DNA of 57,096 nt, counting the filler, from Circinaria calcarea (taxonomy: Eukaryota), in the NCBI GenBank assembly GCA_051942165.1. It is 6 parts of 6 records of this genome, joined end to end, with 100 filler letters (N's around TTAATTAATTAA, not from the genome) between each part and the next. Parts side by side here need not be neighbours in the genome. Positions count along the whole stretch, not along the records: positions 28,627 to 38,050 come from JAVECS010000936.1; positions 38,151 to 47,574 come from JAVECS010000937.1; positions 47,675 to 57,096 come from JAVECS010000938.1; 3 more parts are not named here. The stretch is one strand, 5' to 3'. Both the position numbers and the translations under genes were made by a program. Under the pieces are notes generated by a model, which did not search any database, was not told the DNA's origin, and saw only the letters and a list, made by a program, of their open reading frames with translations. Every line of letters starts with the position of its first letter. The first letter of the stretch is position 1. Shown here piece after piece: positions 36,850 through 48,302 of the stretch.

Positions 36850-38050
36850 GATATGTTTTGTGTAATTAAAACTATGCGTTATAGCTCAAGGTCTTTAAAG
36901 TATTGGTATCGTATCAGTTGCATATTGTGTTTCTTGTGTGTTCTCTTATGCTTTTTTGGTTTATCTTTCCTGTTAAATTATGTTTTTTTAGAACGCTCTG
37001 GCGAGAGTAGTTTTCTGAGTCTAGCCCTTTATAATTATACTCTATTCATGCATTATTTAATATCCTATCTCATGCTCTGCTTCATGCTCTGCTTCATACT
37101 CTGCTTCATGCTCTGCTTCATGCTCTGCGCCACACCATGCACCATATTTATATTATACTCCATGCCATACTCCATGCTATATGCTATGCACCACGCACTA
37201 TGCGCTATAATCATGCTATTATAATATATCAGAATAATAGCCTATGATCGTAATGTATTAAAGTAATTAAAGTAGCTAAAATAGTTGATCGTTGAAGCGG
37301 TACTACTAAATAAGCTATTCATGGAGGGGGGTGCTGCTAATTACTAGCTATTTACGACCCCGAGTTGTTAAGTGAGACGTGTAGCTAGGACATATGCTAA
37401 ATTGGCCAATCGATTAATAGCTAGCTAAATAAGCTGATTGCTAATTAATTAATGTTAAAAGCTTATTTATTTATTGCTTCACAGCATAAATACCTCTAAT
37501 AGAGACCGCACGCCGTCGAGCTTGCTGATAGAATAGGTGGTGAAAGGTTGCTCCGGTATAAGTTATAAATTAATAAAGAATAATAATATAAAGGTCGCCA
37601 ATATTTAACTGCTTCACGATATTTTTTTTATATTTTTAAATAAAAAAAAATCTTCTGCCTAATACTAGAGTCTAGGATTTTATTTAAATAAATAAATTAT
37701 ATAAACAGCTCGCCGTTGATTTTAAGAAATATATTTTTATTTTTTATTTTTCTATCTGCCGGTCCCTCTAATAAAATAATTTCTATAATTAATATATTTA
37801 TCTCGGTAGGCTTTTCTTTTCGGAATACTTTTTCGTGTTGAGGAGATAAGCCGAGTTTTTAATATATATCGAAAAAATTTATTAATTATTGGCATTATAT
37901 TATGTTTTATATAATTAATTTTTTTTTTCGAATTATTTTTAAAGCACGTAAAGATCGGTTTAACGGAAAAAAAAATTTAATTATAATATTATCGTCCCGT
38001 GCGCCGGCCTGTAGAATTATAATATATTTATTAATTATAATAATAAAATT
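36850..38050. mobile_element. AT-rich, RIP-like degenerate repeat/transposon DNA
   Basis: Abrupt shift to very AT- and TpA-rich sequence with no credible ORF, running to the contig end. Confidence 0.55.
37071..37130. repeat. 12-bp tandem repeat (CATGCTCTGCTT)x5, with degenerate copies to ~37215
   Basis: Units read directly at 37071, 37083, 37095, 37107 and 37119. Confidence 0.9.
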
Positions 38051-38150
38051 NNNNNNNNNNNNNNNNNNNNNNNNNNNNNNNNNNNNNNNNNNNNTTAATT
38101 AATTAANNNNNNNNNNNNNNNNNNNNNNNNNNNNNNNNNNNNNNNNNNNN
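38051..38150. other. Artificial contig linker
   Basis: N-TTAATTAATTAA-N spacer. Confidence 0.97.
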
Positions 38151-38185
38151 AATTTCCATAGTGCGTGGAGAATGTATATGATATC

Positions 38186-38326
38186 CTAGAGTTTTATATA
38201 TATAGTATTAGCATCAATTATTGCTTAATAGCGTGCTTGTATTGATTTAATAAGTCACGTAAATACTTTTCTGTGACAAAATCCCAGGCCTCCCTCACTG
38301 CTCTTCTTAACGGTGGAAGCTCCATT
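38186..38326 (-). mobile_element. Tc1/mariner transposase C-terminal relic
   Basis: LRRAVREAWDFVTEKYLRDLL followed, after a frameshift, by AIIDAN..IKL*. This matches the L..AV.EAW..I....L..LI.SM..RC.AVIDANG..TKY tail of Tc1-type DDE transposases. Confidence 0.6.
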
Positions 38327-39469
38327 ACTAGAAAAATAAGGGTGAGCAGAGTAGTAATTAAATAGGCAGCATAGCGCGCAGCATAAAAGTGCGTAAAACA
38401 CTGGACGCGTAAATTAAGAAGGAGCTCTGTCAAGCTACTGAGTCACTACAATGCATCGATACTGAATGAGAGAATGACTGCCAATGCCACCGTGTATTGT
38501 GTGTGTGTATGTTCTGCTATGCTGCAAGCAATGCAGCACGAGTAACTAACTATGTACGCGTGTGTGGGCGCTAGGATAATCGTAGGCCCGAGGAGCTAAC
38601 CGCAAAGGTTTAACAAGCTCAGAATTGTAACGATATTTTCGGCAGGGGATTTAGTGCCACGCTAGCAATAAAGATGCCTATATACCAATACTGCGGTCGC
38701 ATGGGAAATAAACCCTAGCTCGGCGCTAGTAGATCAATGCCTAATTTAGTTAAACTCCAGAAAGCTTTATTATTTACTTTTAGTATTCCGTATGCATACC
38801 ATTTAAACCAATCAGAAAAGGAAATGGAGTTACAATACCTGAAAATTTCAATAGTCTGAGCAGGGATTTTAATGATTTTAGCGCCGAGCTGTCGTTTGTT
38901 TCTCATGTGACGCCTATTCTAGCTAGCGCCTTCGCTTCGCCGTTTGCGGAGATCGGCAGAAGAAAGTGGACCCGGCAGACCAAGAGGGTGCGTTCCTGGT
39001 CAAGCTAGCCTAGCACGCACCAGGAGCTGGGTTGGCAGGGTTCGGTCTGCCAGAGCAACAGCTTTAGGGATAGTTGAGTTTCCTTCATTTTGAGCCTCCC
39101 TTTGTCTTGAGCATGCGTAATTCAGTCAATCAGATGGAGCAAATATGCACGTCGGTTTGCCAAGCAACCCTTTGACCGTGGGGGGCATCGCGCAGTAGAA
39201 GACTATTCATGGAGATCAAGAAGTAGTATGATCAATCCGGCCAACGTGGGTTTGTACCAACTGTTTCAAGAAAGGTCAATACATGACTTCACTCCTGAAT
39301 AGGAGACCAGCAAGATTGCACCCCTCCCGGACGCGGATAACCATGGCTGGAAGCTGAGCTGCAGATACCTAGGTAGGAGAAACAGGACGGGAGACACACT
39401 TTATTGGGAGTCTGGAACCAATCCTGGTTTTATCCCCTCCCCAGCCTGATTGCGCTCCCACGCACTTTC

Positions 39470-40252
39470 AGTGAGGTTACGACTTCAATCGTGGACTTCC
39501 CGCAGCTTGACGAACACAATGGTGAACACGACTTTAATGATGAGACTTCGATGATGGGGTGTGAAAAATTACCAAATTATAGTATAAATTATATTAGAAA
39601 ACGATAGAGCTCCATAGTCTCAAGATAATTCCCAGCGAAAAAAAATTATGACCTTTATAAATTTGAATTATCATATTGCATTCCTATCTAATCTATAATA
39701 AATACATCGCGATTTCTGTCAAGGCAAACGGTCGTATTGTACACGTTATGATCTATTTTCGCTAGAATCCACCTGCCTCCTTGCGCCCTTATCTATAGAT
39801 GGAGTATAGATGATGTAGATAAAAACGAGTATACGCGCAATAGTGTCCAGGTGGGGAATTTCACTAGAATTAGGTTTAAATCCCATTGACGCTTGCTTTT
39901 GGCGGCCTGGTGGTTTTCAAGTCCCGTTTTCTTTAGGTGCGCGTATGAGGAGATAGCTGGAGAGGAGATTTTTCGTTTATCGCGATACAATATAGAATTA
40001 TACTGTACGCTGATAGAAATATCTGTAATATTTTGTACCCCATCATCGAAGTCTTACCATTGAAGTCGTGTTCACCGTCTTAATCGCCAAGCTGCGGGAA
40101 GTTCATTATTGAAGTCGTGCTGGTCCACAAGCATATCAGTCGTTAGTGAGCTTGGCAAAACAGGGTATGTTTCAAGTGTAGTGACCAATAAGATCCCCGG
40201 TATCAGCAGATCGTACTAACGACTGATATGCTTGTCGACCAGTAACCTCACT
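39470..40252. mobile_element. Non-coding element with nested inverted repeats (MITE-like)
   Basis: Outer IR AGTGAGGTTAC/GTAACCTCACT (39470-39480, 40242-40252). A ~95-bp imperfect IR (39479-~39573 vs ~40025-40118). A 28-bp IR with 27/28 match (40120-40147 vs 40215-40242). Confidence 0.6.
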
Positions 40253-41592
40253 TTCAGCAGGTACTAAAATAGTAAATCTGATCTGCATGACTGTTTCCAT
40301 AGCGGGTCTTAAGTTAACTCCTGTATGCAGGTGATTGACCACGATTGACCTTGTCAAATATGCATCGTTTCTATGGTAGAGATTGGACCGTGCCTATCAG
40401 CAGCACTGCGCTCCTAGACCCAGTCTACTTTCCTACACACACCAGCGGGGAATATCGGATGGTTATTCCCAAGGACAGGCTTACCACATGCTTGATCCCC
40501 ACAAACCACGGCTAATTTCTCCGGGTTTATAACCAAACCTCCGGCACAATTGAGTGTCACAACGGAGCCTCTCTCGCGACATCAGAACGTTTCTCTCTCC
40601 CAAAGACCAGCTGCGTCACCTCAATCATGATAGCTTGCGAAGCTACAGAAGGGCGAATAAACAATGCTCTTTGAAAACAGATTCCTATAGAAAATGATAT
40701 ACACATTGACAAAGCATGGTCATATTCTGCGGGGGAATAGGAGCCCGGAATTATTCGATCCTAGAGTCGACTTCGGACAAAATGCCAATATACTATCGGC
40801 GAGTAGGAGTACCGGCGAGCGAAAGGCTTTCGCCTCGAGTAAGTCGGGATGAGGTTGGCCTCCCCGGTCGTCATATCAGAGGTCTTCGATCAGGGCCAGA
40901 AAGCCCAGGTCGGCCAACTGTCGCTCTTTGGCCTACCCTCCAGGCCCGTTTGTGTAAGATCTGTCTTCCGCTTGGGGACATTGAACGTCGCTTCATAGCC
41001 TTGCCCTAAGTACGTCAACGCTCTCTTATGCTTCCTAAAATCTACTATCCGTTTCTCCCCTTGCTTCCATATGGTCACATTGGTTATCTGCCGTATAAGG
41101 TTCCTATCCTAGGTGTTGTTATCATAATGGTTGATGATGTGTTGAGATCCTATTCGATGCTACCCTCCTTATTGCGTTCGAGCTGCATAATGGAGGGTAC
41201 TGATGTGCATCCTCCTTCGATATTCCTAGCGTGGTTGCTCACCGGCCAGCACTTCGACCAGCCATAGGCCACATGTCGAATTAGTTTGGCCCGTTGAACT
41301 CCTGGTCTGTGGGGCTACCAAATTCTTCCCATGTCTGGCCAGCAGGTTGACTTTCCTAGGTGTGGGTCAGAGCACAATTCCTCATCTCGTCTTCCTAGTT
41401 TTTAATCCGCCTTTGCGTCCTGATGTAGCCTCTCTGTCCTTCACGTGTACTGGGTTTGGCCGACCTCTGACACTGCTTTTTCTGCTCTATACCGATGTCC
41501 TAAATTAATATCCTACTTTCTGGCCGTCACGTGATTGACGTCTCTATTACCTTCAAATTACTGGAGACTTTTCTTCCGTAGATATTAGGGGC

Positions 41593-43353
41593 ATGTTTAT
41601 GTACCACATTACATCTTCCAACGCATCTTCGGATTCTACGGTCAATAGCGTTGACCAAAGCAGGGAGACTCCTGCTCGCTTCGTTATCTTGGCTGGTGTA
41701 GCCATCGCCTTTGCTATTGTTATTATCCTTATTTCAAGCGCTACTATTTTTTACCTTTACACAGAGAGACATCGGTACGGCAAGGAATCAATGCACCCGC
41801 TTCGAGAGGCCGGCGGCCATGAACCTATCGGCAGTATGCCCTGGGATGGCTCTGACCAGTATTCAGCCTTTGATTACCATGGCGATAGCACATGGCCATC
41901 TGCTGAAACCACCACAAATACATTCCCTACGCCGGCTACAAATGATGATACACTCAGCTATGGACCACCGACTGAGATAGCCACCGGAACCTTGGACATA
42001 GACTCGCAACGTTATGACTCCGATATTCTTGCATATTTACAGCTCTTTCCCAAACCAGGAGCCTCAGTCGGAGCCGCCCCTGAGTCGTGGGAAGTTGACG
42101 CAATTGGATCAGGGATTGGCAGTCCCAACTCATCTTCAGGTGGATATCTTCTAAGTACCGCTTCGGGTCCTGCTCATCGTGTACCTCAAATCTATCCTGG
42201 TTCTCTGAATTCAGAAACGGAGTCCTCGAGTTACCAGTCAAGAATAGCTACTGAGTCGCCTCAGATTGTATACTCTCGACTTGACCTAGATAAACCTTTG
42301 CCGCTTGAGCCAGGACAGGGATACCCAAAACCGAGGATATTGCAGAAATCACAGGGATACTCAAGCAACGGTCGCCGACCACCCATCCCAGACTTGACGC
42401 TTGATTCCTCTTTCTTTGGTCTCACTGGCCGTTCACATGTAGAGGAAGCGTATTCGGGAAAACAACAGCCAAGCCTATCAGAACTACCACCGACTTCTGC
42501 AGTCTCGGCGTTTACGTCTCCCCAACCGTTCTCACCCCCATTCCAATTCGGAATTACGCAGAACGAACCGTCAAGTTTTTCCCAGTCCCATCCGCCCCGA
42601 CCAGTACATATCACAACTGCTGCCAAAAACTATCCTGTCGGGAGTCAACGCTACATTACACATCGGACATCCTCTTCTGCAAGTAGGTCACCCTTTCCTC
42701 TAGGTCTGCCAGATGTCAACCTCAGTTCAATACTGACCCATCAGAACCTCCCTTACTGACGCCCGCAGCAACATCGGAACCTACAACTGAGCGTTTTGGG
42801 CACTCTCCCGACTTTTGGCCTAATACCTACCCTTTGATGACAGCAACAGCCTCATCTCCAAGCATTTACAGCCCTGACATCTCATCCGACGGCGCTTATG
42901 ATCAAGCACAGTAAGTATTCCTAATCTTCCACGAAATGCAAATGAACGCAACTCATACAGCCTACTAAGTTTGATAGATATTTTGATGATACCGCCAAAC
43001 AAACCGGATTGCATGCTATGACAGGGCTCACTCAAACCAACACTTTTCCAACCCGGAGCCAGACGCTTGAGCAGTATTCGCCACCATCGAGAAAACGTAC
43101 GCGTTCAGTACAAGACAACGCGTCCGAATCTACCATTTGCCCGGAGCCCGATTGTGGTGTTTCCATCCGACAGGGAAGATCTAAATCTACCAACCTCAAA
43201 CGGCACATCAAAGAGAAGCATTCAAAGCAACCCAAGCGATATCACTGCGAATCATGCGGCCGAGGTTTCTCTCGTAAACACTACACAGAAACGACCCACC
43301 AAATGACATGTTTATCGAGGATCTGGTCGCTGAGTGTAGGAAGCTCGAAGTAG
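41593..43353 (+). CDS. Putative single-TM, Ser/Pro-rich protein with C-terminal C2H2 fingers; the join near 42680-42720 is uncertain
   Basis: TM segment FVILAGVAIAFAIVIILISSATIFYLY. Fingers CPEPDC..NLKRHIKEKH and CESCGRGFSRKHYTETTH. A GT..AG intron at ~42911-42977 links the 42700-42910 open frame to the finger exon. Confidence 0.5.
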
Positions 43354-45835
43354 TGCTAGAGTAAAATCACAGACAGGATATCCTTGCCACTGGAATGATA
43401 ACGATCTCTCCTGCGCTGGATCATGTGTACGATTCCACCGGATGGACCCCCTGAGCTCGGGAGCTTATCAGAGAGAGTCAAGCTTGGCACTTTCTCTTCA
43501 CAGGAAGCCGGTCTTTTTCATTTCTATTCCATCTTCAATCAGTCTTACTCGAACTGGCTACCATACCGACGATTAATGAACACTTGAGAGTACCAACGCT
43601 GATAAGTATTTCCTTCGGCGGGGGTGTGTTCGCATTTGATGACTATCTATGCAAGACTCACCTTGTCTACATATCACCCTCGTTAACTTTATCAATACGA
43701 TGGTATCTTACACGGATGCTCACCGCCGCATAGCTATGCTCTGATGTATATCTCCACGACTTTGTGACCCTGAGATATGGGTTCAAGCTCTTATGCATGA
43801 ACCCGTATTGTCACATCCCTACCCCTTTCTTCGCCATTCTTCTCCACTCCCATTCCTCCCATCCCCTCCCGGTCTTCTGTCCCAAATCCCTTCTCGCCCC
43901 ACCCGTCTCCCTTCTCCTCCCTTCCTTTTCATCTCCCCCTACACTCACCCACCGACTCCTTGTCCAATTTCCCTAATGTCTACACCAGCTCCTCCCCCCT
44001 AAGCCATCGCACCTGAGTTTGACAGATAGATCTTCATAGACAGGAGTAGAATAAAGGATTGTCGGAGAGTGGGTGAGTAGTATGAATGGTCACAGAGTAA
44101 ATGTCTAAAGCAGTTCTAGTCCGATGGCTGGGACTACTACAATTGGGGGCGGAAATTGCTCCGATTAGTGGTTTCCTTGGAGGGGCGGGGTGCAGTAGAG
44201 CAAGGGTACGGAGTACAAGTGGTTCGGAGCGCTTCACGCTGACTTGTCAACTTTGGGGGGAGGAGGGGTTGATTGGATCGCAATCAAAGCTTACGGCGGT
44301 CGTTTGTTGAAATGAAGCGAGTTCAGGGAATCTAGAACGTGGAAGGTTCTGGTTTCGTCATGCGGCTCTACTGTATGGTACACATAAGGGCTTTTGCCCA
44401 GAAGTGTCCTTCAGCAGTTTGCGCCAATCTTAGTATAGGTACTCATATTCATTGCCTGTCCAGCGCTATACTTTCAACGGCAGTTGTTTAGGGAGTAGGG
44501 AGCCTCAGCCTTTACTCAATCTGTTCTAGCCTCGCTGAGCTTTTCCGAGTCCATCGGACCCCTGCCACAAGGCTGAGCTGTTGAGCTGGTCAAACCCCCA
44601 TTGCTTGTTGGTCTGAGCATCCTTCACGGGCAGTTTCCATCTATCGATTGGGGGGTTTGGAATGGACGTTTCAGAATCACTGCTTTAGAATGGCTACCAA
44701 TGCTGTTGGAGAGAGAAGAAGCCAGATGAATCCAACACGGGCGGCATATCCTGCGGAGTGTAGGGCTTATGGTAGGCCGATAGCTGGGCCACAACTCTGG
44801 CCGGAGTGCATGAGCTGAAAGGTTTGCAATCCTCTGCACTGCATACTCATCTCTCAGCTCTCCAAACATGCCGAACTCAGATTCAACATTGTATGGGGCG
44901 GGAAAGCGACACCACTATCATCCGTACCATGTTGGTCCCCGTCAAACGTGGCGTTGATTCCATCCTTCCTCAACTGCCGCCAAGCCCAAAACCCTGACCG
45001 TACTTCTCCGGCTCTCGGTTTTTAGATGGTGGCTTATTCTACAGAGTGTGGATGGATTACTTTTGTCATCTGGGGACATGTCGACGTAGGAATACCGGGC
45101 AGTTTGGCTCAGTGTGCCCAAAGCCTGGTATGAGGTTGGAGGGGTCCTTCTTTTTGCGAACCTTGCACTCCGACCAAGTCGCGGCTGAAGTCCAGCGGAG
45201 ACGTATGCTACAATGGTTTAGAGAAAACGTAAATAAAGGGGGCTGAGTTTGATCGCCGCGTGAATTCCTCCAGAGACCAGCAAATGCGTTCGGTTGGATT
45301 CCCGCCTCGAGGACACTCCAAGAGGCGTAGGCTCATTCATTGAAATCTTACGGCAGCCAAATAACGGAGTGAGATATCACTATTATCCCTTCAGATGAAT
45401 GCCCAGAGCGGCATTGAGAGATGGACCAACATTCTTGGCGTTGGTAGCGCTAGCTGAAGAACATATTCTCCATACTTTCTATCCGTCGAACGGCTCTCGC
45501 ATCCTTGAGGGTTTCTCACCCCCCTAGTCTATTGACAGGCATCTAGTCTCCTAACCGAACTGTCAACCTGCCGCTCTAACATCGACAAACACAACAATGT
45601 GGCCGTGGATGGCACAGTTTTCTGCGCACTTGCCTGAGATTCCTTCCGGCAGCTCTGTCCTTCTGAAATCTAAAGAAAGGGGGCCCTACGTCCGGTATTC
45701 GGTTGGTTATAGTATAAAGGCATCTATTCTTCCCACGATTTTCTTCTCATTATCAAAACCAACCCTTCTCATAGCCTATACAACCTATTCACACCTACAC
45801 CAAGTCAAATTGAACCGATTCTGGCAATCGCTACC

Positions 45836-46732
45836 ATGTCTAGCCTCAAGATCTCAACCCTCTTTTCCTTATCTCTTCTTCTAGCACTCGTTGCTTATAC
45901 GGCTGTTTCTTCAGCCAACGACCACAGCATCATTGCCCGCGATGCTGATCCCCTAGAACACACCTTAGCGATCCGAGCTCTTGTCGACGAACTTATCGCT
46001 AGAGATTTCGAAGAGCGCGATTTTGAAGAGAGGGACTTTGAGGAAAGAGACTTTGAGGAAAGAGACTTTGAAGAAAGAGACTTTGAAGAAAGAGACTTTG
46101 AGGAAAGGGACTTTGAGGAAAGAGATCTTGAGGAAAGGGACTTTGAGGAGAGGGACTTTGAGGAGAGAGACTTTGAGGAGAGGGACTTTGAAGAACGTGA
46201 CTTTGAAGAGAGAAGCGCTCGAATCCTCCGGTCCGGATTTGGAGCCCCATCTTCGCGTGGATCCAGGCTGGACTTTGCCGGAAATGTGTTGGCTGCTGGA
46301 GGAAGTGTAGCTGGAGCCGTCCTTCCCCGCGATGCGAAAAGAGGCGGGAGCAGAGGCAAAGGAGCAGGCCGAGCTCCTCCACGCGGATCCAGGCTTGATT
46401 TTGCTGGACAGGCACTTTCTGCTGCAGGAGACGTAACTGGAGCTGCCCTTTCCCAACAAAAGCGCGATGCGAAAAGAGGCGGGAGCAGAGGCAAAGGAGC
46501 AGGCCGAGCTCCTCCACGCGGATCCAGACTTGACTTTGCTGGACAGGCACTTTCTACTGCAGGAGACGTAGCTGGAGCTGCCCTCTCCCAACAAAAGCGC
46601 GATGCGAAAAGAGGCGGGCGCGGAGGCAGAGGGGGAGGCCGAGCCCCTTCACGTGGATCTAAACTCGACTTCGCCGGGAATGCGCTTAGTGCTGGAGGAG
46701 AAGTTGCTGGAGCCCTTACCTCGCAACTATGA
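45836..46732 (+). CDS. Secreted Kex2-processed repeat protein (KEP) / peptide precursor
   Basis: Signal peptide, (D[F/L]EER)x14, then four GS[R/K]LDFAG[N/Q]xLxxxGxVxGAxL units separated by (K)RDAKR. Confidence 0.85.
   Translation: MSSLKISTLFSLSLLLALVAYTAVSSANDHSIIARDADPLEHTLAIRALVDELIARDFEERDFEERDFEERDFEERDFEERDFEERDFEERDFEERDLEERDFEERDFEERDFEERDFEERDFEERSARILRSGFGAPSSRGSRLDFAGNVLAAGGSVAGAVLPRDAKRGGSRGKGAGRAPPRGSRLDFAGQALSAAGDVTGAALSQQKRDAKRGGSRGKGAGRAPPRGSRLDFAGQALSTAGDVAGAALSQQKRDAKRGGRGGRGGGRAPSRGSKLDFAGNALSAGGEVAGALTSQL
46004..46213 (+). repeat. 15-bp coding tandem repeat x14 (DFEER)
   Basis: 210 nt = 14 units. Variation is almost entirely synonymous, with a single DLEER. Confidence 0.95.
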
Positions 46733-47574
46733 AGACATGATCTCTAAACTAGAGGTACTCGACGGGGAATAGTTTGTTCGGCTCGGCTTGGGCGTTGTCT
46801 TTGTTTGAGGCAGCCAGGGTATAACCAATTGGGCAAGCTCGTATCGGTTATGAGGTGGATTTGCTGGGGTTGCGCTTGAGTTGTCCTCCATTTGGTCTAT
46901 GATGTTTCTGCGTGCCTTGCTTTTTTGTTTCCTCTTCTCCTTGCGTAGAGATTGAGTTTTGTGCGATAGTCTCTCATTTTGTTTAGCTCACTTGAGAATT
47001 CACTTTTTCTGCGGAACACTTATCAACCTCAAGTGAATGGATAAGAGAGAACAGCAATGGAGTCTGATCAATATCCATGCAGTGAATCTAAATACTTCAG
47101 AGTTATTGCGTACCAAACATCCAATTCATGAAAGGGTCCTCGGTGGATACCAATTTTTGCAAGTCACTCCTTGGCTCCTGACGAGAGATATTCTTCCCTG
47201 TCCTTTAATAAAGGTACTAGGTCTGGAGAGACTCTGGAAACCTATTCCAGGCTATCAGTTCAGCGTAAGTGTATGCAAGCGGTCCCCCTAAATCAGCCTG
47301 TACCTCCCTAGATTACTGCCCTGTAGCCCACTAGCCGTAGGCTCTAGAACCAATCGACCGTCTATTTCAGTCAACCCCCGCATCGCGTAAATTCGCGTCG
47401 TGCCTAAAACCCCCCCTTCTCCCTAAAACCCAAACTCAAAACCCACAAAACGCCCTTCTCGATGACAACCACCAACACCTCCATTCCCACTCCAACCGCG
47501 GACCCGCCTCGACCCTCTACACCACCACCACCACCACCTCCTTCCTCCTCAACCTCCAACCCCATTGTTCACCC

Positions 47575-47674
47575 NNNNNNNNNNNNNNNNNNNNNNNNNN
47601 NNNNNNNNNNNNNNNNNNTTAATTAATTAANNNNNNNNNNNNNNNNNNNNNNNNNNNNNNNNNNNNNNNNNNNN
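47575..47674. other. Artificial contig linker
   Basis: N-TTAATTAATTAA-N spacer. Confidence 0.95.
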
Positions 47675-48302
47675 GTGGAGGGAGATGGGGAGGCCATGGG
47701 TTTATGGTATGGGAGGATTGAACGTGGGGGAATGTGAGGGTATTGTGAAAGGGAAGAAGTGGGAGTTTGTATTATGGTGGAGCTATGGGTGGTTGTCAAT
47801 GTTAGTACATTTGAAGTTGAAGTTGGAATCTTTTACACGTGCTTTCGACATCATAATGGAGCAGCCAAGACAATTTCTACAGCCTCACTGGGAGGTATCT
47901 TCATTAGCGAAAATTAAAATCCTACTCCATATAATACCTTTACCAGAAAAATTCACTCTACCAGTTCAGAACAATTGGGATGAATGAAGAGGATTGCAAG
48001 AAGCACATGTCCCAGCTAGCAGAAACCAGAAACGGAAACATGCTCGAAAAACAGGTAACCAGTTCATCAATCTCATCATCACTACGAAACAGCAAGACTA
48101 TATAATAGGGAGTTTCACCATTGTAGCACCCCTGCTTGGGTATCGCTGCCTTTGACCTTTATCCATGTGGAAGCCCCAAGATACCCTATGTGTGGAAACC
48201 AGCTCCAGTTTAATTCACTTCTAGAATAGATACACCTCTGAAAAATGTACACCCCTAAAAAGAGATACCTAACCCCCCCAAATGAAAATGCTGAAATTAT
48301 CT

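Noticed and set aside
37071..37215. Short regular repeats as a possible CRISPR-like array
   Set aside because: Head-to-tail 12-mers with no spacers in eukaryotic AT-rich DNA; a simple minisatellite.
45895..46594. Long antisense and alternate-frame ORFs (SKSLS/QSLFP repeats)
   Set aside because: Shadows of the DFEER coding repeat on the + strand.
9446..47674. TTAATTAATTAA flanked by Ns, recurring every ~9.5 kb
   Set aside because: Assembly linker between length-sorted contigs. It is not a biological repeat, and genes on either side are not neighbours.
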